A stretch of 64,000 nucleotides of DNA. Origin: Nemertoderma westbladi. Taxonomy: Eukaryota; Animalia; Xenacoelomorpha. Under the pieces are notes generated by a model. That model saw nothing but the letters and a program-made list of their open reading frames with translations, made no database searches and had not been told where the DNA came from. The position numbers and the translations under genes were made by a program. Positions 38,513-50,769 of this stretch are shown piece by piece. The DNA lies in assembly GCA_032718475.1 (NCBI GenBank), contig JAUCBJ010006179.1, positions 1 to 64,000 on the forward strand, written 5' to 3'. Numbering within the stretch: the first letter of the stretch is position 1; each line of letters begins with the position of its first letter.

Positions 38513-40977
38513 CTAATCCTTATCAACTCGTTGCCTTTTCCTGCTGCTCGAAGTAGCCAGCTTCACATCTATATCAGAAAGTTCCTTTGCAATAGAGCAC
38601 AATACATTTTGATGGTCTTTGAGTTGAGTATCTGCTGACGCACGGGATTTATTCGCAATTGAAGCTGAGGTCAAGTCGCAACTGGCCAGAGCAAAAGCCA
38701 GTTGACTATCGGCGACTCTAATCATCGTTTGTACAGAGACACACAGGTTCGTGATAGTATTATGCTTCTTTGTCAGAGATGATTTGCGGAGTTTAAGCTC
38801 CGCTCTTACTTGCAGTTCACGCTCGCTTTCTTCATCTAAAAGCCGCTTTGTCTCGGCAGCTTTTTTAGTTTCAAATTTATACGCTGCTTCTTGTAGACGC
38901 TCAACATTATAGGCAGCCCATGCCTTAGAGGCAGATGCAAGAAGGTCGCTGGTGAAAGCGACATTGTGTGCACCCCCCACCCATTTCACTGCCTCTTGGC
39001 AGTGTCGCAATCCAATGATTGTTGACCTCTTCATGGATGACCGCGACTTATAGATAATTCTTCGATTATCTGCAAAACCTCGTTCAGGCCCGGCGTTTCC
39101 ATGTGTTATAGCAGCCATATTGGCTAAGAAGCGACTAACATTTTGATATGCTTTAACTGAAGTATGGACTCGCAGCTGGTTCTTTGTGTCACCCCAAAAT
39201 ACGCTCACATCCTCATCCGACACATTCAACTGGTCTTCACTAAGTTCTTGAGAAGCAAATTCTTCATATTCCTTGACTACAGTTTGTCCATCTATGGAGT
39301 CACTCGCAGCCACTTTTGGAAACAGCTGTGTCAGATACGTGAGGTAGCGCACACCTGCAGCTCCACCTTCAGCAGTTTGGGCGAGATAAGGATCAACAAC
39401 TTGTAGGGAATGAACAGTCTTGTCATTAATTGGGAGGTGATCCAGCAAATATTCTGACATCTTCATAAGAGCATGTCGAATGGCAATTTTCACTTCTGGA
39501 GTTTTCAGCAGATTGTCGGGATCATCGATGGTTCCAAGCTTAAAGTCAGAGCGCCAATTCTCAGACTTTTGGATTTTAAACTCCTTAAGTTTCTTCCCTG
39601 AAAGTTTCTTACCATTGAGGCGCAGGTTTGTGCAAAAGGTGTACAGAAGGTCATACACCAAATCATTGCTAAGGGAATATAATCTATGGATCTGAGGTGT
39701 GTATTTCTGGAGGGTGAGGAGAAAAGGGCGGAATATTGCACAGATATTCACGACTAATTGCAGCATGAGAGGAGTACGCTTGTCAAATATAACATTGTCA
39801 ATTTGTTTGAACCGGGCTGTCTTGACAAATTTAGCAGTTGATACATCCCGACTGGTTTTACAGCCTGCAAAGAACACTCGTAGGGCAGGAAGCTGCTCGA
39901 GTAGTCGTGCTGCTACTGGGCCTGTCATTAACCAGCGTGAATCAACATGGTGCAGAATTATATGCTGCTCCACATCTTCTGCTATCTGGACCAACCTAAA
40001 GTCTTCTCGCCGAGCAGAAGAATATTTGAATACAAAATGTACATCAGTGGCAAATCCATCAAAATCAAATAGACCAGCACTGGAAATCGCTGTAAGGAAA
40101 GTCCGAAACCCTGAATGTGCTGGATGCAGGGGACAAGTTCCAAAATCAAACAATGGAGAAAACCCATGTGACTCCAGGTATATATTCACTTTCCGGAAAA
40201 AAGCCTTGTTTACATTGGGACCATCCATGGATAAATAGAGCCAGGAAGACAAATCAATGTTGGAAAACTTCGAAAATAGATGTTCCTCAAATTTTTTCAC
40301 CATTATGTCCGAAGTTGCATGACCAAAGAAAATGGATTGCAGAAACGTTTATAACTCGCCCCTTCTGTGGTGAAAAAAATTGTGCATAAACATCACACTG
40401 TTTCTCCACCTTCGCGTTTGTGGTCTCATCAAAGTGAATACCAAAGATAAAACCATCAGAAATTAACTAACAGCTGCACCTTCTTCTGGGCGAAATAAGG
40501 ACCAAGGCCGTGTCCAACAATGTAACTCGCTTTAGTTTGTTTAAGCTGCATCCCTTTGATAACACTAGACGAACACTAGGCTTTCAAAATTATCACACAT
40601 TCAGCCTTTGTGCATAGGTCTTTTGGAGACAAGATATGGCTAATTAAAGGTTGCGTAGAGGTTGAGACCTGCACCTCCAAGGGAACCATATTCGAACTAA
40701 TACTCGATTGGGATGGGATTGTAGGTGGACCAAGGGTTAATGTCGGTGTTTGGCAGATAGATTGTACATTCCGGATGTGTAGAGGTGTGGCATGGTGAAC
40801 GCGAAGAGCGGAAAGGCCACTGCTTTTAACCGACACGGTTTTATTGCAGGCAATGCAGTGAGCCAATCCAGAATCATTCTGAACCGGCCGAAACACTTTC
40901 CCAACTGTCAGCTCTGGGGATGTCCTGAGTTTTTCGTGCTCCCACTCTACTCGCCATTTGGAAGCGTTGGATGGCAT
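38513..40977 (-). pseudogene. hAT-like transposase with BED-type zinc finger, disrupted around 40440-40580
   Basis: CIAC...H..T..H finger, IHFDETT, SMDGPNVN, CPLH, RW, NAGPERGF; C-terminal 596 aa open. Confidence 0.82.
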
Positions 40978-41011
40978 GGTATAATAATATTTTAAAGTTA
41001 TAAGATATAAG

Positions 41012-41560
41012 TTTAATATTATAAAGTTATAATTATAATGCCAGATAATGCCAGAATGCAGTACAACTGTACAGTGTGACAGTAGACGGTAGTGCTGCCT
41101 AATACAGTATGAATACATCAAATCAAATCAAAACATTATACAGCCTACAGAACAGACTCACTGATATCTTTCAGTTTCTGTACGCCTATTGAGTATTGAC
41201 AGACTGAGTCTGAGTGTGTACTGCAGTACTGTGTACCAAACAGAAAAACAGAATGAGTAGGCCTATTGGCCATACAACTGTAGTCATAATATTTAATATT
41301 ATAAAGTTATAATTATAATGCCAGATAATGCCAGAATGCAGTACAACTGTACAGTGTGACAGTAGACGGTAGTGCTGCCTAATACAGTATGAATAAATCA
41401 AATCAAATCAAAACATTATACAGCCTACAGAACAGACTCACTGATATCTTTCAGTTTCTGTACGCCTATTGAGTATTGACAGACTGAGTCTGAGTGTGTA
41501 CTGCAGTACTGTGTACCAAACAGAAAAACAGAATGAGTAGGCCTATTGGCCATACAACTG
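41012..41560. repeat. ~280-bp tandem duplication upstream of the hAT transposase
   Basis: 41012-41280 and 41292-41560 are near-identical. Confidence 0.9.
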
Positions 41561-43571
41561 AAGTCCTACTAGTAATATTTGGATAAATAATATAAATTGG
41601 AAACGCGCCTGTACCATTAAGATTGTATAACACGACTTTACATATTGATATATCAATATCATCTGGGGTTGTTAAAAAAAAGGTAAAAAAGGTAAATGGC
41701 TAGAAAAAAGGTAAAAAAGGTAAAAAAAGGTGCAAGTGGGAGCACTGACTGTATCACCGGCCCAATCTGCATCACTGAATCCTTCCAACACAATCCCATC
41801 TTCATTCCCCCTTCTATAGGATAATTTCTTGTCAATGGTTGACTTCAGGTAATGCAAAACTCTCTTCGTGGCAACCATATGTTCAGTTCCTGGATTGAAA
41901 TGAACCTGGATAGAACACCACCAACAACATATGAAATATCAGGTCTTGTAAAAGTCGATAAAATTAATAACCCACCAACAATACTTCTGTATAATTCAGA
42001 ATATTTGGGATCAATTTTCTCGGAAGGTGAATTCTGAGAACTAATAAAATCAATACAGGGTGTACTAACTGTCTTACCGCATTCCGAATTTCTTTAACAT
42101 TGTATTAATAAACAGAGTTTGATCCAATGAAATTGAATCCTTATCCCGAGTGATCTTCATTCCAAGATACCATCTCAACTGACCTTTATTATCACAACTA
42201 AAATCGCTGGTGAATTGTTTAACAAATTCGTTGACTCGAGATTTAGTACCTCCAATACCTAAATCGTCTACAAAAACCACAATAAATAATAAACCACCAT
42301 TGGTTGATTCATAAATAAACAAACAGAAATCCAAATCACATCGTTTAAGTCCTTTACTACTCAAATATCGGTACAGTGTATCATACCAACTCGCTGCAGC
42401 CTGCTTTAAACCATATAGAGCTTTACTCAACTTACAATACAGAACATCAAATTTTATTTTCCAAAATTTTCCGTATTTTTCAAATACTTTTGGCTGTTCC
42501 ACATAAATTTCTTCACTAAGAGTAGCATTCAAGTATGCACTTTTCACGTCAACATGTGAAATCTCATATTCTTTAAGTGCTGATAGAGCTAACATGGTTC
42601 TAAACTTAGTGGGCATTGAAACATGAAGGAACATTTCCCGATATATGACCCCGATATTGTGGATTATCATCAAATATAAAACCACCATAATGGTCTGGTC
42701 TGTTATGAGCACGTTGAGGTCTTCCATTGACATTGTCTGGTTGCTGATCAACCTCCTCGACATTCTCCACAATATCGTCAACATTAAGATTATCACAATC
42801 TCTTCCGATAGCATCAACTGACCACATGATCTAGATCATGTGGTAGATCATTACACTCACTATCATCGAAGAATTCACTCAACTCTTCAAACAAAATATC
42901 ATTTGCTTCATCCGATGATTCTACACTTCTAGTAGTTTCCCCTTTTGATTCGTTGAAAGTAACACTGAGTGTAACATAGACTTGATTATCACAAAATACA
43001 AGATAACCTTTGCTTTGACTGGCATAACCTACAAATATACCCTTTCTTCCTTTGGGATCCAACTTGTATCAAGGTCACATATCTTTAAAAACAACCTATG
43101 AACCAAACACTCTAATGTTCCGAATATCTGGCTTAGTACCATAGAAGCGTTCATAAGGGGCGAGGTTATTAGGAAGCAATGATGTTATACATCTATTCCG
43201 CACATAGCAGGCAGTTTAAACCCAAAACTGTTTCAAAAGATTAGAATCGAGCAACATCGCACGAGCTGCTTCAAAAGCATCCTGAATAATCTCTCAGCCA
43301 TACCATTATGCTCTGGGGTGTGGGGTACAGTGTACTCATGATTAATTTTATTCTCTACACAAAATGCACTCAATATCTTTGAAGAATACTCACCACCACA
43401 ATCCGTACGAAGATTTTCAACAACCAACTCCGGTAATCCGACTTCAGCAATATATTGTTTGAATTTATCCATTGCCTCCGATTTGGTCTTGATAAAATAC
43501 ACAGTAGCAAATCTGGAGAAGTCATCTATAAAAGAAATTACATACCGATAACCACCAAATGACTCAACTTC

Positions 43572-44013
43572 AATTGGTCTACAGAGATCAGAATACACCA
43601 ACTCAAGTGGTTTTTTCGTTGTCCTCTTCGTCTTCTTCGGGATTGAGGCCTTAATTATCTTGGACATAGAACATGGTTCACAGAAATCCAACTTGCTATT
43701 CGCCATATTTTTCATACATGGCAAACTTGAAAATAATTGTCTCAAATCAGTCTTATTGACATGACACATTAAATGAAGGCATAGGGCACAATAATTGGTC
43801 TACAGAGATCAGAATACACCAACTCAAGTGGTTTTTTCGTTGTCCTCTTCGTCTTCTTCGGGATTGAGGCCTTAATTATCTTGGACATAGAACATGGTTC
43901 ACAGAAATCAAACTTGCTATTCGCCATATTTTTCATACATGGCAAACTTGAAAATAATTGTCTCAAATCAGTCTTATTGACATGACACATTAAATGAAGG
44001 CATAGGGCACAAT
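43572..44013. repeat. 221-bp tandem duplication in the Copia integrase N-terminus
   Basis: MCHVNKTD...SDLCRPI is encoded twice (43572-43792, 43793-44013). Confidence 0.92.
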
Positions 44014-44535
44014 AATTATCATTATTGTCTTCCTCAATGTTTGTATTATCATCATTACATTTTGAACACGCTGCCACCGAATAACTGCAATTCTCAATAA
44101 AGAACAAATCACTATTGACTGTAAGTGGAATTCCGCCGCAGTTGCGTCCACTGCCACTCCCGCCACAGGGCACCCTCGGCCGGAAACACCAGTGATTGGG
44201 GCGGGGCAGGTTGCTGCCCCCTGCGGACATTGTGATTTAAAATGACCTACTTCATGGCAGATATAGCATTTCCCCTTAAATTTCGAAATTTTGCTTGCAG
44301 TTGCTGCAACCAAGGAATTATCTTGCAAATCTGATACAACATTCTTGGCCTTACAAAAATCAGCATAGTTTATCAAGGCCAGTCGAACTTCATCAAATGA
44401 CTCAGAATCAATAAAATTTCTCGCAGTAACGAAATTGTCATATTCTGATGGCAGACCATTGAGGATCACATTTACTAACATTGTATCACTCACTCTGTCA
44501 CCCAGGTTGGAATTTATGTAGAGTTTGCTCAACAT

Positions 44536-46112
44536 GTGTGGCGCGGATTAAGGATCCTGGCGCGTAGTGACAGGGGCGTGTGGCGCGAATTAAGGATCCT
44601 GGCGCCTAGTGACAGGGGCGTGTGGCGCGCATTGAGGATCCTGGCGGTCCTGGCGCGAATATGGATGTAGGGTTACGTTAGGACAGTAGGAGGTAGCGTA
44701 GCAGTGCACTGGCAACACATCCCACTCTACAGGTCTATTTGAAATTATTCCATAGGTTTAAAAAGGTTGAAAAATGTCCGCTCGCTTCGCACCTACCTAC
44801 CAGCCTACTCTTAGCACTGTCTGGCTGTGGACAAATGGAAACGGACAGATTGAGCATGACCATTCAGCAATTAAAAACATGACTTGTTTCAAAAGTTTTT
44901 CAATTGTCAGATTCTTCAAACCAATAAGACCATGACAGCCTGCATGATTCAGCAGAATTCCCATGCTCGCTACGCTCGCAATTTAATTACATCTGCATTT
45001 CTGTATTTGAAAACAGTCGGTTTGCCTACTTTAAATGCTGAAATGTTAAAATTTTCGTGCTCGCTATGCTCGCATCTTGATCACATCTGCATTTAAAAAC
45101 AGTCAGTTAACGTTGACCTACTACTACTACAACTACCAACTACCAACTTACTTAACGAGCAGCGCGCATATTGAATGTTAACCTAACTTACTTAACGAGC
45201 AGCGCGCATATTGAATATTTTTGGGTTGTCTTAATCTGTTGTTTCATGCATTATTTTCAATATTACTTATTTTTTGAACTTAAACTTATACATTGCATAA
45301 TCTACAGTTAGACCTATTCATTAACCTAACTTTAATCTAACTTACTTAACGAGCAGCGCGCATATTGAATGTTTTTGGGAATGGATAGTACGCATATGGG
45401 GGTTGCTAATGTGTCTTTGGCTGTATATTACCTTACTTGTTATACGGCGTTGAAACTGAGCGTTTTGAGGTTTTTGTTTTTATAATAATAGTACGAGAGC
45501 TACTTAGAGACACGATTAGATTTTTACTTTATGTAAGTTTGGATTAAAATCTATTTTATTCTGGAGACTTTTGTTTTTTGATTTTGTTTTCGACTTTGTT
45601 TATATTATATTACATATAGGACCTACTTAGAACTATCTATTCTATTAGTGCTTTATTTAGGTGGCGGGAATTTCGAATTGAATTTAATTACTCCATTATG
45701 CTTTATTAATATAATAGGTCTGACGTAGCCCGGTAGGGCGAAAACGTTCACCAAATCCAGCGTTTTCATTACAATATTCAGCCAGTGTAGACCCCTAATA
45801 CTTACCTATATGCTATATTTTGCTTATGGTAATTTATTATTACTACAACTACAGCACTATCTGACTATTACTGTCACACTGTACATATGTTAACATAATT
45901 GGAAAATTTACTTGTTCGCTACGCTCGCATTTTAATGTTAAAATACTGTAGGACTACAGCATTATAAACTGATAAATTATTACAATTAAGCAATTACAGA
46001 ATTACTGCAAAATTTCATAGTCAATTGTTGGCTTGGCGCGCATTAGATATCATGGCTGGCGCGATTTTCGTTTAACCAGAACGCGTGTGGCGCGCTTTTT
46101 GTCAGTAGGCCT
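44536..46112. mobile_element. Probable non-autonomous DNA element remnant(s) truncating the Copia 5' end
   Basis: Three ~42-bp units (TGTGGCGCG..AGGATCCTGGCG) at the left, TGGCGCG motifs again at 46030-46095, three AACTTACTTAACGAGCAGCGCGCATATTGAAT copies; no paired TIR found. Confidence 0.4.
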
Positions 46113-46278
46113 ATTCCATATAGGTCTGTCACCACATTCAGTAATATTAATGGAAATTTCTTTAGCTCGTGTAACATAATCATTGACATTTTCGCTTGCC
46201 TTTAATTTTAAACACATCAATTGAGACATTAATCCGTTTCACCCATTCCGCCAGTTGTCTCGAAAGAGACGTGGCTGT

Positions 46279-46332
46279 TAATAGCCATTAACATGGTCAA
46301 ATAAAAGGTCAAAAAGTGGGTACCCATAACAT
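46279..46332. repeat. Isolated right-TIR fragment of the 33896-35442 element family
   Basis: TAATAGCCATTAACATGGTCAAATAAA.GGTCAAAAAGTGGGTACCCATAACATA matches 35380-35434. Confidence 0.8.
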
Positions 46333-46605
46333 ACTGTCGTAATGCCGAATCCCGTTAACGGATATACCTACCACCAAAACCGCCTACCAAATACAATTTT
46401 GTTTTAGCCAATAAGATAATCAGGAGAGTATTGCTCAAATCAACCAACCAAAACTAAGTTCTGGAATTCAAACGATGATATATATAATAGAACGACACAT
46501 CAACCTATTTCATTTAGGAGAAAAATTATTTACAAGAGAGATTCTGATAATATTTTTTCTTTAGGAAATACTGTACATAATTTTTAGTAAATACATTGAA
46601 AAAGC

Positions 46606-46989
46606 ATGCCTGTTCAACAGGAAGATAGCGATTTAGGGCTGGATAGTTTGCCGAGTTGGGCCATAGATGAAAGGAAAAGTAGGAGCCTATCAAAGAGTGG
46701 TAATCGTTCCACCAGCAGGAACGAAATGGAGAAAAGGAGACGTAAAAAACGAAAGGGAAGTAAGAAGGGAAAGAAGAGCAGGTCTAGGAGTCGCCGAGGT
46801 AAAGGAAGCAGGTCTAGAAGTCGTAGAGGAAAGGGAAAGAAAGGGAAGGTTTGTTTGACAAATATAATATAGGATATAATGTGGGTTTAGGTCTACTATA
46901 TACAGTACATATTCCTAATTACGTGATTGTAACAGTATATGAATTGATATTTACAGGGGAAGAAAGGACGGGGAAGATCGAAGAAATGA
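46606..46989 (+). CDS. Protamine-like basic protein, 91 aa (exons 46606-46848 and 46957-46989)
   Basis: Acidic leader MPVQQEDSDLGLD followed by KRRRKKRK, SRSRSRR x2 and GK repeats; phase-0 GT-AG intron of 108 bp; AATAAA at ~47109. The sperm-protein role is inferred from composition only. Confidence 0.72.
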
Positions 46990-48284
46990 TGAAAATGAAA
47001 GAAATTGCCGAGAGATAAAGTTCTTACAGACAAAATGTTCTTCAAAAAGCTTTAATATCGAACAGTTTACGATACCGGCCAACTGTGGCAGTAATTTAGA
47101 CGATTTACAATAAACAGATTAATTAATAAATTGTGCAGCAATATTATTTGAAACCCTATATTTTTTAAATTACCTATATAAAATCGATAGCTATTTGTAC
47201 TATTAGAAATCACTAGCTGCCTGGTAAAACAATAATGAAAAAAAACACTAGCTAACTAATATAAGAGAGTTATAATAGGTCTACACAATAACATACTTAC
47301 CAAGGACTAACATAATATTGACATATTCAGGGGAGGGCACTCCCCCAGTATGCGTTAATCGAAGTAGAGTCTGGTTCATCTTATTATATTAAAATTTAAT
47401 TAGCTTATAATATAGGCCTACACCAGTTTTATGTGACCAAGTTGGAGTACGGCTGCGCTGTATGGTGTGACATCTCTCATAGGTTGCTCTGATCTCTTAG
47501 ACAACCTCGGAACTGATATCCTTAAACTAGCTACTGTAGCACCGAAAAGGAATGCAACCTACAGCCCTTCTCCTCAAGACCGGATGCCATTATTTTGTCT
47601 AATGTCGTTTTACAAAACTGTCCACGGCCTTACACAAACTTATCTTTTTAACAAATTTATTCACCTACACAGTAGTTGGCGAAAAATAGTACTCGTCACA
47701 CTTACCCCCTAACAACAGTCACAAACACCTCAGAAATCAGTTTTAACTAACAATTATAACGTCCATATTTCGCATATTATATCATATATATATCATATAT
47801 TATATCATCCATATTTCGTGAATATATATAACACCCTGTTTAAGCTAATATAAATAAGTATTACCTTGCTAATAAATATTAGGACCCCACTATTTATGAT
47901 TAAAATTTCATGCGATTAGGATTTGTATAATAATTTAGTGTGCCTCCCATACCTACGTAGGTTGTGGGTGGTGGAGACTTGTTCCAAATTAAGACAATAG
48001 AATGAGTACAATGTAATTTGTGGACATGTTAGGCAGGGGGGGGGGGGGGGGGATTCTGAATACCGTTAACAGAATTAATACGCCGTTAGTTTATTACATC
48101 CAATCAACCACCTATAATATAATTTAATCGGTGGGTTAACTAATTCTAGAATTTAGTCTTCATATATAAATAACAAACATTGAAAAAAGTTGTCATACAC
48201 GAATCGCTCTATTAAATTTGTAACACAATTTAAATTAAATAGGATAGATAATAATAACAGGTACTGTATCCGTGTTGGGACGAA

Positions 48285-50120
48285 ATGGCTGCGAAGAAGA
48301 AAGGGAATAGAAGCAGGTCAAGGAGTCGTAGAGGGAATGGGATGAAAGGGAAGGTTTGTTTATTTATTTTAATATAAATATTTATGTTGGGAAATATTTC
48401 TCTGTCACATCCTTGTCGTTTAGCCCATAATTGGGTTCAAGTTAACCCGGTTTCATCACTGCGCCTTGCATCCTTAAACGATCGCTAAAAGAGTAAGTTT
48501 CTTCTAGGCAGAATACAGTAGTTCTGGGGGAATCGAACTGGAAATAAGTGATTCTTTGTGCGTTTTCCCTGAAATAATGTACAAAGATAACTTTACTTTT
48601 TTAGTTTACTTTCGTGACTCGGTTCTCATTAAAAATCGTAATAACTATTTATATACAGTACTTGTGTGTAAAGTAGCACTTTACAGTGTGATGATCCGAG
48701 TGGCTTTGTTACACGAACGAAAGTTAGTGAGTGAGTGAGTGAAAATAAAGCCACGAGGATCAGAACACTGTAAAGTACTTTGCAACAAGTACTGTATGTA
48801 TGTAGTTTTATTCCAAAATTTTAACATTACGAAATGATTGTATATATATTATAAGTGATAGAAACAGGACAAATTAAATTATTTGCTGTATAAATAAATG
48901 TAAAAGTGACATAAATTATGTTATAAATATGTTAGCTTATATTTATGGTGGCGTGTGGAGCCATGTTATAATAATATAGCTAGGACCAACTGGTTATTAA
49001 TAGATATACCCCGCCTACCGGTAGGTAATGCAGTAGGCCTATCTGGCTGTCAGGCAAATTTCTACCTATTATTTACGTAGTAACCAATGACGGCGTTAAG
49101 TAATGTCCACTAAGGGGACATTACTTAACGGATAACACCAAATACAATACTAAATGTACAGGCCAATAGAATGCTGTAATTTCCTCAAAAGTTGTAAATT
49201 GCTAAATAACAACTCGCTGTTAATACTAACGGCGTTGAGTAATGTTACAATTTTGGAACAAATTACTTTGCAACAAGACAAGTATGTATGTAGTTTTATT
49301 ACAAAATTGTAACATTACGACATGATTGTATATATATTATAAGTAGTAGAAAATGCACAAGTTATATTAGTTGCTGTATAAATAAATGTAAAAATGACAT
49401 ATAAATAAGTTAGCTTATATTTATGGTGGCGTTTGGAGCCTTGTTATAATAATAAGCTAGGCCCTACTGTTTATTAATAGCTATACCCCGCCTATCGGTA
49501 GGTAATGCAGTAGGCCTATCTGGCTGTCAGGCAAATACCACCTATTGTTTACGTGGTAACCAATGACGCCGTAACTTTACAGCTCGCCGTCATTGGTTAC
49601 CACATAAACAAGGGACATTACAACACCCACTCCAATACTAATTATACAGGCCAATACAATGCTGTAATGTCCTTTAAAGTTGTAAAGTGCTAATAACAAC
49701 TCGCTGTTAATACTAGCGGCGTTGAGTAATGTTACAATTTTGGAATAAAATCATTTTACAAAATGCTCAATACAATTCTTTCAGGGTAAGGAAAGTCGAG
49801 GAATCGCGAGAAGAGGTGGAAACGGAAAGAAAATAGGGAAGATCCTGAAGACGAAGAAACATCGACGGATTCTGGCTCGAGAGTTGGGAAATCGGAGTGT
49901 AAAGTACATCCCTGGAATAGGAGAAGTATTCGGAGGTAGTCTCGCCAATAATGGATTCACACGCGCCTACCAGGTCTTAGCGAAGTACATTCTACTAAGA
50001 GAGAAGCTGGAAGATTTCCATCTGTGGCTCTCCAAGATCTGTGGGGACCACTTTTACAAGGCCTATTCCCGTCGAGCTCATAGAGCTATATCGATCATGT
50101 GCGAAGCATACTACTCGTAA
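48285..50120 (+). CDS. BANF1-like: BAF (barrier-to-autointegration factor)-like protein with protamine-like basic N-terminus, 134 aa (exons 48285-48353 and 49785-50120)
   Basis: TKKHRRILARELGNRSVKYIPGIGEVFGGSLANNGFTRAYQVLAKYILL...FHLWLSKICG...MCEAYY aligns end to end with BAF (SQKHR..PMGEKPV..LAGIGEVLG..L...GFDKAYVVLGQFLVL...F..WLKDTCG...WCDAF). Exon 1 encodes MAAKKKGNRSRSRSRRGNGMKGK; phase-0 GT-AG intron. Confidence 0.85.
48410..48530 (+). mobile_element. Diverged SINE fragment in the BAF-like intron
   Basis: GGTTCAAG B-box-like motif and CCTTGCATCCTTAAA...GGCAGAATA..TCTGGGGG, as at 28195-28265. Confidence 0.5.
48653..49745. repeat. Intronic inverted repeat (48653-48797) and ~489-bp diverged tandem duplication (48776-49258 / 49265-49745)
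   Basis: Arms ATACAGTACTTG..CTTTACAGTG..GTGGCTTT / AAAGCCAC..CACTGTAAAG..CAAGTACTGTAT; duplicated units start TACTTTGCAACAAG. Confidence 0.78.
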
Positions 50121-50769
50121 ATGTTAACAGCCGACTCGAGTAAATAAGATAGATTGAGCCCACATATCATTGGATAGTTATGTAACCAGATCTAAATATT
50201 TATTTGCTGTTTGTAGCATTGCATTATATTTAATTATTAATACAAAACTACTCAATTCCGCGCCATCACATGAAATATTCATTCTGTCCACGGTAATTTT
50301 GATTTCGTACGAGCTTGTTGTTCTATTTACTGTTTGTATCGTAAGAATGGTTTTTTTTTTTTTTTTTTTTATTTTTATTAGAATATTTTTATAAAATTTT
50401 TTAATATATCTTTAACTTTAAATCTCATTCGGTCGAATAATTACCGAGTCGATAGCTAATAATTATTGACTTGTGTATTTAATAGAAATGTAATACTGTC
50501 AACGGAATAACCGCCCCCAAATAATTCCAATACTTTTAACGGAATAAATAATTCTCACAAATCGCCCACAAATAATTCCAAAAAAATAATTACAACACTG
50601 TTAACGGTCCAACCACCCCTAATCATTCATTTATGTTTAAAAATACAGAATTCTCGAAAAATACAGCTTGCCAACACATTGTTACTATCAATTAAAAATA
50701 AAAGCAAATACGTAATAATGATAATTCTGCTCTAATATATACACCATGTCCCGTAATATAGTGTCATTT

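Larger units (their letters stand above)
38279..41747 (-). mobile_element. hAT-like DNA transposon inserted in Copia RNase H, 6-bp TSD ACTGTA
   Basis: Termini CAGCCCTCCCA / TGGGAGCACTG; ACTGTA at 38273-38278 and 41748-41753; removing it restores Copia AGDTVDWKSTSG; AAAAAAGGT subterminal repeats at both ends. Confidence 0.88.
37810..44535 (-). mobile_element. Ty1/Copia retrotransposon internal region, degenerate and split by a hAT-like insertion; no LTRs recognised
   Basis: Order gag (ILNGLPSEY, CYICHEVGHFKSQC) - IN (SDLCRP, FIDDFSR, RTDCGGEY, PEHNGMAER) - RT (DVKSAYL, LYGLKQA, FVDD) - RH (SDADWAG, STAKAEY, EDNQSAI). Confidence 0.92.

Noticed and set aside
46667-46858. MKGKVGAY... ORFs (also 23148-23342)
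   Set aside because: These are alternate frames of the protamine-like exon; splice phase and composition favour the MPVQ frame.
47467-47712. Duplicated 81-aa ORF (also 52263-52508)
   Set aside because: It has a non-ATG start and is conserved only through recent duplication; at most a decayed LINE 3' remnant.
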